A stretch of 64,000 nucleotides of DNA, taken from Octopus sinensis. Lineage: Eukaryota. Position numbers and translations under genes: made by a program. The first letter of the stretch is position 1, and each line of letters opens with the position of its first letter. The DNA lies in NCBI RefSeq assembly GCF_006345805.1, contig NC_043016.1, positions 31,372,001-31,436,000 on the forward strand. The letters are read 5' to 3'. The notes beneath the pieces were generated by a model. That model ran no database searches. It was given only the letters and a program-made list of their open reading frames with translations, and was not told where the DNA came from. This document shows positions 10,876-23,541 of this stretch, piece by piece.

Positions 10876-11929
10876 GCAAGTAAATTTAATTATTTTACAA
10901 ATTATAACCTTACTTTTGTTTGTTTTTCATTAACCCTTTAGCATTTAAACTGGCCATATTCTGCCCAAACATTTGGCATATTTTATGTTCAAACTAGCTA
11001 AATCTGGTCTTTTACACTTACCCTACAATGTCATTCTAAAAATATACAAACACCTCATCAAAATCTTAAAGCTACAGTATGATACATGATTAATACAAAA
11101 AATCCTTTCTGTTGAAAGCACAAGGCCCCAAATTTGGGGGAAAGGATTAAGTTGATTACATCAACCCCAGTGCATAACTGGTACTATTTAATTGACCCTG
11201 AATGGATGAAAGGCAAAGTTGACCTTGGCGGAATTAATTCAAAATAATGTGAATAAAGAAGCATTACATTCAATAGAATAATCTGAATGGTTAACAGTCA
11301 AGTTTACTAAATGAAATAGAGCAACATGACATTGTTGTAGCTTCCTTACGAACCACATGGTTCCGGATTCAGTTCCACTACGTGGCACCTTGGGCAAGTG
11401 TCTTCTACTATAACTTCGAGCTGACCAAAGCCTTGTTAGTGGATTTGGTAGACGGAAACTAAAAAAAAGGCCCGTCGTATATATGTATATATATTTGTGT
11501 GTGTTCGTGTGTCCGTGTTTGTACCCCCAACATCGCTTGACAACCGATGCTGGTGTGTTTATGTACACGTAACTTAGCAGTTTGGCAAAAGAGACCGATA
11601 GAATAAGTACTAGGCTTACAAAGAATAAGTCCTGGGGTCAATTTGCTCGACTAAAGGCGGTGTCCCAGCATGGCCACAGTCAAAATGACTGAAACAGGTA
11701 AAAGAGAGAGAATCTTTGTGTTTCATTTATTATTTTTCAGTATTTTCATTGTATTTTAATATTGAGGATCTATTCGGTGCAGTGTATGTGCTGTATTTTG
11801 CTTTGGTTTTATATTTTCTATTGTATTGAAAGTATTTTACATAATATGTGTTGTGTTTAGTAGTATTAGTAATATGTTATTTTATATTTGTAATATTTAT
11901 TTGTAAGTCCTGGGCTTTCGACTATGTAT

Positions 11930-12135
11930 TTACTTGCATGCTTTTTTTTTTTTGTCTTTTTGATAATTTCAAGAGCACCTATTATTATAGGAATTGTGTT
12001 TGTTTCTGGTCCCCATATTATGGTTATCTCTATTTCTAGATCTTTATATTTGGATAATTTCATTTAGAGATAACATTATTATCAGTTTGAGCTGATTCAT
12101 CAATAAGGACGTACTTCCTTTCTCGGTCGTCATTA
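11930..12135 (-). mobile_element. RLE-type LINE (R4/Dong/HERO-like) endonuclease fragment
   Basis: YVLIDESAQTDNNVISK / KLSKYKDLEIEITIIWGPETNTIPIIIGAL matches the restriction-like endonuclease C-terminus; frameshifted. Confidence 0.75.
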
Positions 12136-12990
12136 ACATCACTATGACAGCAGCTTGTGCATATTCTGGGACATACATTGCGTAATAAACTTAAAAGAAT
12201 GCAAGCTGGCAGAAATGTTAGCACGCTGGCCAAAACACTTAGCAATATTTCGTCTGTCTTTACGTTCTGTGTTCAAATTCTGCTGAGGTCGACTTTGCCT
12301 TTCATCCTTTCGGGGTCGATATATTAAGTACCAGTTTCGTACTGGGGTCGATCTAATTGACTGCCCCCACTACCCAAATATTTTAGGCCTTGTGCCTAGA
12401 GTAGAAAAGAACTTAAATGAAAGTATAAAAAGTCAAGAATTTATAAACTTTCAAGAGTATGTGAAATAATTCTTCTTTTCGAAAAGTCTCAAAGCACAAA
12501 AGTCTAAAAATAATAGCATGTAAATATCGGATTGAAAAATACCACGAAGAGTTGTTAACTTTTCTATCTTTTCCTATACTATTATTTATGGCTTTATGCA
12601 AGGTGGTGAGCTGGCTGAATTGTTACTGCACCGTACAAAATGCTTAGCAGCATTTCTTCTGGCTTTATGATCCGAGTTCAAATTCCAACAAGGTCAACTT
12701 TGTCTTTTATTCTTTTGGTGTTGATGAAATAACTACCAGTCAAGCACTGGGGCCAATGTATTCAACTTGCCCCTTCCCTGCAAATTTCAGGCCTTATGCA
12801 TACGATGGAAAGGATTAAAAAGAGATGTAAAAGTTTTTAATTGAAGGGAAGAAAAGAAGCCCTCTTAACATTTCAACCAGACACATTTAATTATGTGTGC
12901 ATGAGTTTTGAGTGCATTTGTGTGTATGTGATAAATCAGGGGTATTTTGTATAAGCTAAGTTATAAATTTTTTTCTTTTCTTTCTTTTAG

Positions 12991-13074
12991 TCTTGGGAAA
13001 AAATAAAGAAAATTTGCGAGAATGAAGTCATATCACAAGCAGTTGTGATGAAGGATTCCAGTGTAAAAACTTAT
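12991..13074 (+). CDS. EIF2AK4: GCN2 coding exon
   Basis: ttttag| ... TAT|gtaagt, 84 nt. SWEKIKKICENEVISQAVVMKDSSVKTY compares with recalled human SQEELQEYCRHHEITYVALV. Confidence 0.88.
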
Positions 13075-13704
13075 GTAAGTTATTTGGAAAGCATATCATT
13101 TGTTTTATTTTTAACTTAAATGCTGGCCTATCGAACACATCATAATGAATCAAAATTTCTCTTACTACCACTCATTTGTGCTTCCTCTTCTCAGATCTAG
13201 TTGGCTATTTGTCCCCCTCGATTCAAGTCCACTCAACAGGTTTCTTTTCATTTCCTTCACTGTCGCCATTTCCGCATACATATACATTAACCAATTCTTC
13301 AAAACCTTACTTCCCTGAATATTAATCCTCATTTCTCTGGTTAATTCACATTGCCCCGTGAGAAGAAGAGGGCAGTTTCCCAGTTTCTCTGGTGTATATA
13401 TTTCTTCTTGTATAGGCACCATCCAATCGTGGTTGATGCCAGCTCTTCTGGCCCCTTGTGCTGGTGGCACGTGAAAAGCACCTACTAGATTCTCAGAGTG
13501 GTTGGCATTAGGAAGGGCATCCAGCCGTAGAAACACTGCCAGATCAGATTGGGGCCTGGTGCAGCCTCCTAGCTTTCCAGACCCCAGTCGAACCGTCCAA
13601 CTCATGCCAGCATGGGAAACAGACGTTAAACAATGATGATGATTATGATGATATATATATATACATATATATATATGATTATGATGATATATATATATAT
13701 TGTG

Positions 13705-13925
13705 CTGGTATGGTCATGTGGCGAGAATGGATGAGGATAGCTGTGTGAAAAAGTGCCACACTCTAGCAGTTGAGGGAACCTGTGGAAGAAGTAGACACAG
13801 GAAGACCTGAGATGAGTTGGTGAAGCATGACCTTTGAACATTAGGCCTCACTGAGGCAATGATTAGTGACCAAGACCTTTGGAAATATGCAGTGCATGAG
13901 AAGACCCGGCAAGCCAAGTGAGACC
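13705..13925 (+). mobile_element. RTE-clade LINE 3' fragment
   Basis: WYGHVARMDEDSCVKKCHTLAVEGTCGRSRHRKT*DELVKHDL*TLGLTEAM. Confidence 0.8.
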
Positions 13926-15429
13926 ATAACCCATGGCTTATGTCAGGGGCGTAACCAGCCCACTTATGCGTAGCTTTCTTTCATTGGACACTAAACTCTG
14001 CTTGCGAACACCTGTTGAGGCAAGTGAAATCGAAATGGAATTAAATTCGATGACTGGCATCCGTGCCAGTGGAGCGCTAAGAGCACCATCCAAGTGTGAT
14101 TGTCGCTAGAGCAGCTGACTGGCTTCCGTGCCAGTGGCATTAAAAATTCTGGTGGCATATGAAAAAACATTCAAACAAGGTCATTGCCAGTGCCGCTGGA
14201 CTGGCTCCTGAGCTGGTGGCATGTAAAAAACACCATTTGAGCGTGGCTGTTGCCAGTACCACTTAACTGGCCCTCGTACTGGTGGCACATAAAAGCACCC
14301 ACTACACTATTGGAGTGGTTGTCATTAGGAAGGGCATCCAGCTGTAGAAACTCTGCCAGATCAGATTGGAGCCTGATGCAGCCATCTGGTTCGCCAGTCC
14401 TCAGTCAAATCATCCAACCCATGCTAGCATGGAAAGCAGACGTTAAACAATGATGGTGGTGGTGGTGGTGGTGGTGCTGTGTGTGTGTGTGACCCAAACC
14501 ATAACTAACAGGCAGTTTTGACTACTCTTTTGTTACAACTTACCCCAGTAAACCAATAACAGAATAACTGTTTGCTTCTGTTGGAAAATGGCAAATGTTC
14601 AGATGTTTATAACATAATATAGATTAGTCTTTTAATTGAACTGGATTTTGACTTTATATGAAAATATCACATCTTCATGGATTGATGACATCATAATATT
14701 TGAGCTAAATAATTCAGTTGAGAACTACTGCTGTAGACTCTACAAAACACTGTTGTTGACCTTCAATTTGGTTGAACAGTCAGTCTTAACCAATCAGAAT
14801 TCACTGTATGGGTCATACTGTTCATCCTTTTGATTGCTAAATACAAAACATAGCATGCAAGACCTCCATTCAGGTGATTTTTTTTGAATCGTCGTCTCAC
14901 TTATTTGTGCCAATCCATTTACAGCTGGGTGGACTGGAGTAGCATGAAATGAAGTGATCTGCTCAAAGAACACAACACAAGGCTGGTCTGGAAATCGAAA
15001 CCAGGATTATGTAATTGTGAGTGCAAAACACTAACCACTAGGTCACATGCCTTCTTTTTTTACAATTGCTTATATATTTTGGTTTAGTTCTGTAACTATG
15101 TACAGTCTAAACCAAGTACAGGAAATCTTTATTTATTTGGAGTTTTCAAGATTGCACTGAATTAAGTGTAATCTAATATCACCATCATCATCATCACCAT
15201 TGAATGTCTGTTTTCCATGCTGGCATGTGCCAAACTGTTTGACGGGAGCTGGCAAGCCGGAGAGCTGCACCAGGTGTCTATTATATGCCTTGGTGTTGTT
15301 TCTACAGCTGGATGCTCTTCCCGATGCCAACCACTTCACAGAGTGTACTGGGTGGTCTTTATGTGGCACTAGCACAGGTGCTCTTCATGTGTCATTGGAG
15401 TGGGTGCCTTTTACATGGTACTAGTACAC

Positions 15430-15660
15430 TTGTGGCAAGCTGGCTGAAACATTAGCACGGGCGAAATGCTTAGCGGTATTTCGTCTGCGTTACGTTGTGA
15501 GTTCAAATTCTGCCGAGGTCGACTTTGCCTTTCATCCTTTCGGGGTCGATAAATTAAGTACCAGTTATGCACTGGGGTCGATGTAATCAACTTAATACCT
15601 ATGTCTGTCCTTGTTTGTCCCCTCTGTGTTTAGCCCCTTGTGGGTAATAAAGAAATAGGT
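15430..15660 (+). mobile_element. SINE (GAAATGCTTAGCGGTATTTCG...GTCGACTTTGCCTTTCATCCTTTCGGGGTCGAT family)
   Basis: Near-identical copies at 12205, 27505, 27995 and 37915 (+), and at 11105 and 48090-48540 (-). Confidence 0.85.
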
Positions 15661-17201
15661 ACTAGTACACTTGCTTTTTTCACATGTACAATACAAATAA
15701 AAACTTTTCATTAAATATATAGGAAAATGTAACTACATTTATCTTTTATCTGTTGTCTTTTACTTGTTTCAGTCATTAGACTGTGGCCATTCTGGGGCAC
15801 CATCTTGAAAATTTTTTTGTTGAATGAATTGACTCCAATACATTTTTTTCTTTAAAGTCTGGTACTTATTCTATCGATCTCTTTGCCAAACTGTTAAGTT
15901 ATGGGGGCATAAACACACCAACACCAGATGTCAAGTGGTGTTGGGACAAACACAGACAAAGATGCACACACACTAACACACACACATACAGCAAGCTTCT
16001 TTCAGGTTCCATCTACCAAACCCATTTACAAGGCTTTGGTGAGCTTGAATTTATAGTAGAAGACACTTGACCAAAGTGTCACACAGTGGGACTGAACCTG
16101 GAACCATGTTGTTGGGAAGCAAGCTTCTTACCAACACACAGCCACGCCTGCATCTAAAATATCAAGAGGCATTCTAATAGTTTTTTTCCCATCAACAAAT
16201 TTATTTTTTTAAAGCAGAATTCCAGCTTGTTTCAGAAGACCAGAATTGAAATCCATATGTGCTGTAGGTTTCGACCCCTTACCCAAGACCTTACACCCAA
16301 AATAAGCAAAAGAAATAACCATTAATACTCTATAATTGCTTGTATACTGTTCTCTCACTTTGTCTTTCCTATGGCTATTATGGCAATCTCTGCTATCAGC
16401 TGAACCTACTCAATGCAACTGTGTCTGCTTCTCTTTCTGATATTCCCATTACATTTTGCAGTAAACAATGCAAAAATTCTTCATCCATCCTTCTTTTACT
16501 TGTTCCAGTCTTAGGACAGTAGCCATGCTGGGGCACTCACTACTTTGAAAGGGTTTAGTTGAATGAATAGACCCGCAATACTTATTTTATTTTTAGGGTT
16601 GGTACTTATTCTGTTGGCTTCTTATGGTGAACTATTAAGTCATGGGGATATAAACAAACCAACCACTTGTTGCCAAGCAGCCATGGAAACAAGCAGAAGC
16701 ATATGTGCACACATGCACATTTATGTCCCCCCTCCCACACACACATGTTTATATGCACACACAATGGGCTTCTTTAAGTTCCTGTCTACTAAATCCATTC
16801 ACAAGGCTTTTGTCATCCTGGGGCTAAATTAGAAGATACTTCCTCAAGAAATATGTGGTTGGAGAGCAAACTTCTCACCAAATAGCCAATCCTGTGCCTT
16901 TGTATGTCGTGTTTTCTTGGCAACCTTTAATGTAAAATAATTTCAAACTGAACATTAGTGACCACACCCTAATTATCTCGATCTCCCCCTATTGGGAAAC
17001 ACCGAAAAGCTCTGACAAATTATACACCTTTTCTGAAAATAGATTTGTAAAATATGCACAGCACATTCAATCATACATTTTGCAAATTTTGTAGAATCAA
17101 ATTCATTCTTTGCATTCTTAATACTTGTCAATGTATCTATCCACACATATACCCATTTATATAAATTTTTTTGCTTCTCTTTTTTTCCTTATTACATACA
17201 G

Positions 17202-17257
17202 GACATGTTTGATAATTCTCAAGGAAAATCGCAAAGAAAGAAAAAGCAAACCAAAGG
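17202..17257 (+). CDS. EIF2AK4: GCN2 coding exon (reading frame or acceptor ambiguous)
   Basis: Strong acceptor catacag| and donor |gtatgt. Reads DMFDNSQGKSQRKKKQTK in phase 0, or ENRKERKSKPK if the AG ending at 17223 is used. Confidence 0.6.
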
Positions 17258-17597
17258 GTATGTATCAATATTTCCTTTCTCTCATGCATTCTCCACATTT
17301 AATGACCTTTCATAGCAACACTTCCATGCTTTTTTCTCTTAAGAATCACGAAGTTCAAGTGTACTATTATGCATCCACATACACATATCACCACATTGTC
17401 TCTGATACCCAGTCTTGCAATCATGAACATCTCATACATATAGTTCTCACATTGTTGGACATTTACAGACCTTCTTTCCAATATATCTGCCGCCTAACTT
17501 CTCTTCTAGCTACCTGGTATAATGCCTTCACATCAGATGCTTCAATTAGTATTTCTCTAATTTTCCAACACCTCCAAAAAGAAGTACTATTCACTCC

Positions 17598-17860
17598 AAG
17601 TGTATGGAACTTGTGGAAGAGGAAGACCCAAGAAGACATGGGACAAAGTACTGAAGGACAACCTCAGAACACTGAACCTCTTGGACAAGATGACAAAGGA
17701 CCAAAATATCTGGTGCCGTGCTGCATTCAAGAAGACCCATTCTCCACAGCAGAAGTGTTGTTAAGGCTGGTGAAGAGGAAGAGGGAGAGCCAAGAAAACA
17801 TGGGACAAAGTACTGAAGGATGACCTCAAGACACTGGACCTTTCAGACAAGATGACAAAG
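17598..17860 (+). mobile_element. tandemly duplicated RTE 3' end fragments
   Basis: GTCGRGRPKKTWDKVLKDNLRTL occurs, and its tail CAAGAAxACATGGGACAAAGTACTGAAGGA is repeated at about 17630 and 17790. Confidence 0.7.
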
Positions 17861-18173
17861 TTAAAGATATTTCTCCAAAGTGCTCCAAAATGGGTCTGAA
17901 CTTGAAACAATTTGGTTGTAATGCAAGCGTCTTAATCATGTGGTCATGCTTCTTAATGATTTTAAGCAGCTCTTTGACAGATTCTTTCAATGTATATCCT
18001 ATTAATTAATGACATAAATAGTTCTAATGAATAGTGAGCTAGGAAATCTTGGACATAAAATCAAAGAAAATTTTTAAAACCATTTTTCTATTTTATGATG
18101 TGCTTGATTATATTATAAAACACTTAGCATTGTTTTTTTGTAATTCAAATGTTTTTTTATGGATAAATTGTAG

Positions 18174-18207
18174 AATCCTACTGCAATTATTTGATGGAAC
18201 AACTCAG
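18174..18207 (+). CDS. EIF2AK4: candidate 34 nt GCN2 micro-exon
   Basis: ttgtag| ... CAG|gtaact. In phase 1 it reads (E)SYCNYLMEQL(R), resembling recalled human ELVDHVLQKLR. It needs a phase 1 upstream donor. Confidence 0.5.
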
Positions 18208-18320
18208 GTAACTATTTGTCCATCTGTATTTCATATATAACATTGAGTGCTTCTCTGGATGTTTGTGTGGTTCTTATTTCTTTTATTATTTCATCCATTT
18301 AAAAAAAACTTTTTTTACAG

Positions 18321-18441
18321 AGATGGATTTTCAGAAAACCCCATTGAGAATGATCCTGCAGCGAAAAGCAATGACTTTCATTTCAAATTTGTCCATATCA
18401 ACCACAAGAAAGTGCATGGGAACAGTAAAATTGAAACTGCA
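18321..18441 (+). CDS. EIF2AK4: GCN2 coding exon (C-terminal domain)
   Basis: ttttacag| ... GCA|gtaagt, 121 nt, phase 2 to 0. Encodes DGFSENPIENDPAAKSNDFHFKFVHINHKKVHGNSKIETA. Confidence 0.82.
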
Positions 18442-19028
18442 GTAAGTAATTTTTTTTTTAATATCTGTTATGTGGGAGTGGTTTGGGATTGAAGTTTATA
18501 ACTCTCATGTTGGCTATGCTAGCATAAAAGCATGAAACTTTCACTACCACCACCACCACCACCAGAAAAACAACAACAATAGCAACAATTAGAACTTAAT
18601 TAGAACAATGCAAAAATATAATTTGTATATATATTGTGTTGACCACTTACATTATATATATATATATATCCATGTTATGTATACCAACAGTTCTATATAT
18701 ATATATAAAATTGAATAATAAAGGTAGAAATTGATGTTGATCAATTAAAACCAGTGGCTTAGCATATCCGAAGATTAAAAATTGTGTTGCATATAAAATT
18801 AAGAGGAATGACCACTAAAGTGGACACCCTTTATGCTAAACATAGACGTCAAATCGCCATTCCCAGCAAAACACCAGAATGTAAAAATGAGTAAGACAAA
18901 TGAAAACATGTCTACAGGCCATTGCCTGAAGCAAGTAAAAAAATAGTGATAAGAATAAAAAAATAAATGTGATAATTGAGCCATTTATAATGTACATCCA
19001 CTAAAAGATATGAAAATTTTAATTTTAG

Positions 19029-19133
19029 ATTTGTTCAAAACTTGAAGGAAGTTTGAAATGGGCTCCTTTGAATGGTTCTACAATACAAGTGATTGCTGCT
19101 GATCTTTCTAAAGAAGTTCTTGATGAAATTGTT
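19029..19133 (+). CDS. EIF2AK4: GCN2 coding exon (C-terminal domain)
   Basis: ttttag| ... GTT|gtaagt, 105 nt. ICSKLEGSLKWAPLNGSTIQVIAADLSKEVLDEIV compares with recalled human EIEILAVDLPKETILQ. Confidence 0.88.
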
Positions 19134-20093
19134 GTAAGTTGATGTATTTTATATCAATGAAACTGTTTTTAACACTGTTGTCATTGTTTAGTCCCTAGAG
19201 CTGTCATGGTTGACCAAATCTATGATTTAACTCCTTTGGCAATTAAACAGGCCATGTAAAAGCATCCAGTCCACACTGTAAAGTGGTTGGCATTTGGAAG
19301 GATATCCAGCTGTAAAAATCATACCAAAACTAACCTTGCCTATGCTAATGCCACATAAAATGCACGAGTCCACTCTGCAGAGTGGTTGGTGTTAGGAAGG
19401 GCATCCCACTATAAAAACCCTGCCAAAACAGACACAGTAGCCTAGGGTAGTTTTCTACCTGGCCAGATTCTGTCAACTGTACTACCTATGCATGCATGGA
19501 AGATGGATATTAAACGATGATGATAATGATGATGATATACAGCCAAAATATTCTGCTTGTTTTATGTTCAAATTGGCCAGATCCAGCCTTTCACGCCTTC
19601 CCTACAATGTTGTGAAAATAAACATCATTGAGATCTCCAAGCTATGAGATAATGCTTGATTAATTCAAAGCAATGTGAATAAACAAGCATTACATTTGAC
19701 AGAGTAATCTGAATGCTAAAGGATTAAACCAGCAATATCCAGCCCAAATATTCTGCACATTTAATGTTCAAACTGACCACATCTGGCCTCTTACATTTAC
19801 CCTAAAAAAAGAAACAATCACATCATTGAAAATCTCAGAGCTATGAGATAATGCTTGATTAATTCAAAGCAATGTGAATAAATAAGCATTACATTTAACA
19901 GAGTAATCTGAATGCTAAAGGGTTAAAGATGTTGAATGCTGCAAACATCCTATTTTTTTTTATAGCAGAAACTACATTGTTCAATATATCCTACTTTATT
20001 TAAGATATTAAGGTTGGATTCAAGGGAGATTTGACTACTATTTCCAGAAAGTTAGGTGACCACATAGAAGCTTCTGCTTTATTAAACATTAAG

Positions 20094-20421
20094 GGGAGAA
20101 TTCACAAAAAAAAAACAAAGGACGAAGACAGGTAGTGTAGACAACAAACAGATGTATTAGTTTAATGCTCAGGAAGTGAAAAAGTCTTTTACATTTCAAG
20201 CCTATGCTCTTTCACAGAAAGAAACGAGGAGAGAAAATAAAGAGAGAACACTAGCCATTACACATTCTTTATTTTCTCTCCTTGTTTCTTTCTGTGTTCC
20301 TTTCTGTAGAAGAGCATAGACTCAAAACATTAAAGACTTTTTCACTTCCCGAGTGTTAAACTAATACACCTGTTGTTTACACCACCAGTCTTCGTCCTTT
20401 GTTTTTTTGTGAATTCTCCCC
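20094..20421. mobile_element. fold-back element with decayed hammerhead-like motif on each arm
   Basis: About 150 bp imperfect inverted arms. Right arm CTTT-CTGTAGA-A-GAGC ATAG ACTC-AAAAC-ATT-AAAG; left arm (minus) CTTT-CTGTGAA-A-GAGC ATAG GCTT-GAAAT-GTA-AAAG. Confidence 0.65.
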
Positions 20422-20663
20422 ATATATTACATGCTTACGTGGTTGCACCAGTTGATCCTGTCTCCTCTCGTTACCCAACGAACTTTTACACCTTCTACAC
20501 TGGACTATTCTACCTGAACTTTCTACTCTCGTACACTTCAGCTGCATCTCTCCTGCCCATGGATTACACTGGAGTCCTCTGTTATTAAACATTAACACTG
20601 ATATTTTCTTTGTGCTGTTTTAAAATTCTTTCTTATTTCTCCTATGCTGGTTTCTTTTCATAG

Positions 20664-20713
20664 TTTACAAACAACCTGTCATGTGATAGAAAAAACTCTT
20701 CAGCCAAAAACTG
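20664..20713 (+). CDS. EIF2AK4: GCN2 coding exon
   Basis: ttttcatag| ... TG|gtaagt, 50 nt, phase 0 to 2. Encodes FTNNLSCDRKNSSAKN(C), in frame with both neighbours. Confidence 0.7.
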
Positions 20714-22605
20714 GTAAGTATTTTAATTGAGCTGTTTTTTCCTACTTTCTTTTCTGCATTGGTTTTTTAAATGGGAAAACAGTGCTAAAAGATTACAGTG
20801 TTGCATGTCCCAGCATGGCCACAGCCCTGAGCTGATACTATTAAAAGAATAAAGTTTAATCCCCTTTCTGTTGTTTGGTAAGAAATTTGCTAAGCTTAAG
20901 CCTAGTTGCTATCTCTAATATATATAGGGCTGATTTTAGAGAAAGTATTTAGCTTTTCTACATGAATATATTGCAAATCCAGATCTATTCAGTCTAGTAT
21001 GGTCTCAGAAAAGAAATATAAAAACTGGAAGAAATATTGAATATTTTTCAGTCTTTGTTATCACCACTGTCCAACCCATGCCCGCATGGAGAACGGACAT
21101 TAAATAATAATGATGATGATGATTGCCATCGTTGTTGTTGTCATCATCATCATCGTTGTTGTCGTCGTTCAATGTTTACATTCCATAGCATGGGTGGGAC
21201 GATTTCACAAGAGCCAGCCAGGCAGAAGCCTGCACCAGACATCTGTGACTGTTTTGACAAGAGTTTTACAGCTGGATGCTCTTCCTAACACCAACCACTC
21301 AGCAAAGTGGACTTAGTGCTTTTTACGCAGCACAAGCACAGGCGAGGTCAGTTTTAGCAAGATTTTTACTGATGGATGCCATTCTGAACACCAACCACTT
21401 TACATTCTGGCTTAAATCTTTTCAGTTGACATGGGTTAAACATGTGTCCTATACACTGCATGTTTTTGTACAATTTCTTTCTTTATCGTTCCTTTTGACC
21501 TTCACTTACTGCCTACCTTGTTCTTGGCCTGTCCCTACCATTTGAAACTTTCACCACAATACTTTTAACTAAGCTTCCTGTATTTATTAAGTTATAAATA
21601 AGACCAAGACAGACCTGGGGATGCTTCCCTTACTTGTCAAAAGAATGAAAATAATATAAGTCATCGATAAATTTTTTTTTCATCCCTCCCTTACAAAGGA
21701 CAAATTAGAGATTTACTGTGCTTAAGAAGACCCACCCAGCTAAGTAAAATCCATGTCCTTGTCCCTTCTCACCCCTGCTGTTTCTCCCTTCCTTCTCCCC
21801 TCTGTTCTCCCTCATGTACCTACCTGCACATATGTTCCCTTGAACCCTTCTCCACAATATATCTACCTAATATCCCCTCCCTCTATCAGTGCCCACTCAT
21901 TACATCCCCTCCTTCCTCTAGCCCCCCTCTCCTTTCAGTATCTTGCAAACTCACCCACGCACTCACCCTCTACAATCCTCAGCCTACTTCACTATATACA
22001 TTTGCCCTCTAAAATGGGTGTACAGGCTCTCTTCTCTCTCCCTATCATATCTTCCTCCTCCACTCTCTCTAAGGTAGTCATGTTTTTTTCTTCTAATTCA
22101 AGACACTTTCTCTCTCCCTCAATACTATTTCCCATTCAGTTGAGAGGTCTTGTCCTGCAAGTTATTTAGTGATTTCACTGCTGCTGCTGACACATAAAAA
22201 GCACCTAGTGCACTCTGTAAAGTAGCTGGTGTTAGGAAGGGCATCCAACAGTAGAAACCATGCCAAAACAGACAATAGAAGTTGGTGCAGTTTTTTTCTG
22301 CATTGCTAGTTGCTGTCAAACTACCTCACCCATACCAACAGAAAAACAATGATGATGTTAACAATGATAATAATGCATTAATTATATGAACAACGACTTA
22401 ACCTATTTAATATAATTGCCCTATGAACTTCAAATAGTTCATAGGTACAGGCATGGCTGTGTGGTAAGAAGCTTGCTTCTCAATCACATGGTTCTGGGTT
22501 CAGTCCTACTGTGTGGAACTTTGGGTAAGTGTCGTCTACTGTAGCCTCAAACTGACCAAAGCTTGTGAGTGGATTTGGTAGACAGAAATTGAAAGAAGAC
22601 TGTTG

Positions 22606-22637
<32 letters not shown>

Positions 22638-22668
22638 CAAGAAAAAAGCAACAAGAATGGATTAGTAG

Positions 22669-22757
22669 TTTAGTACAATTGTTTCATACCAAGAACAATT
22701 TTATTTAAAGCTGCAAGTATTGCAGCAAATACAAATGTCCAGTATTCATCAGCTAAA
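22669..22757 (-). ncRNA. canonical type I hammerhead ribozyme motif
   Basis: TTTAG-CTGATGA-ATAC[long stem II including GCTGCAA/TTGCAGC]GTAT-GAAAC AATT GTA-CTAAA. The core is intact, stem III is palindromic (ACAATTGT) and the site is GUA. Confidence 0.8.
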
Positions 22758-22932
22758 TCACATATATGTTTTCCAGACATCCTAGAGAGTGTGTCTATCC
22801 TCATGAAGTATTAGGAGTGAGTTCTATGAAATTTAAAGTCAAATTATAAGCAGACTTAAATTGCTTTCTAATGATGCACAGTTTTATAAAAAGATTGTTA
22901 ACTTCCCAGAGTTAACTTCCCAGAGTTAACAA

Positions 22933-23315
22933 TCTCTCTTTATATAAATGGCAGTTTGTCTGTGCGTGTTTCTGTGTGTCTGTTTGCTTGTACCCTCACC
23001 CTGACCACGGCTTTCAACCGATTCTGATGAAACTTGACACACACATAGCCCAATGTCATAATTCAAAACTAACGCAGCGAAAATTTTGAAAAGTTCACCC
23101 AGTTCTGAAAAAAATCGATAAATTCGACATGGGGTCGAGAATCAGAAACACAAACCGCAAACTGTCTAGGGAACGCAACTCCACCTTTTTTTACTCTCAA
23201 AAAAATTTACCATCATTTTTTTCCATTTTTTTTCTATTTTGTGGCTATAACTCTCTAAATATGCTTTATAGTTATTTCCCTTACAAACCTGAGCAACGCC
23301 GGGCGATACTGCTAG
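22933..23315 (+). mobile_element. non-autonomous Helitron
   Basis: Starts TC after A(22932), carries the hairpin CCTGAGCAACGCCGGG, ends CTAG before T(23316), and has no TSD. Confidence 0.8.
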
Positions 23316-23452
23316 TCTTTTTATAAAACTGTGCATCATTAGAAAGCAATTTAAGTCTGCTTATAATTTGACTTTAAATTTCATAGAACTCACTCCTAAT
23401 ACTTCATGAGGATAGACACACTCTCTAGGATGTCTGGAAAACATATATGTGA

Positions 23453-23541
23453 TTTAGCTGATGAATACTGGACATTTGTATTTGCTGCAATACTTGCAGC
23501 TTTAAATAAAATTGTTCTTAGAATGAAACAATTGTACTAAA
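23453..23541 (+). ncRNA. canonical type I hammerhead ribozyme motif (sense to the GCN2 pre-mRNA)
   Basis: TTTAG-CTGATGA-ATAC...GAAT-GAAAC AATT GTA-CTAAA. The core is intact, with one A.A mismatch at the base of stem II. Predicted cut after 23536. Confidence 0.75.

Noticed and set aside
17125-17823. 232 aa plus-strand ORF
   Set aside because: A chance fusion of intron, one frame of a GCN2 exon and out-of-frame RTE fragments.
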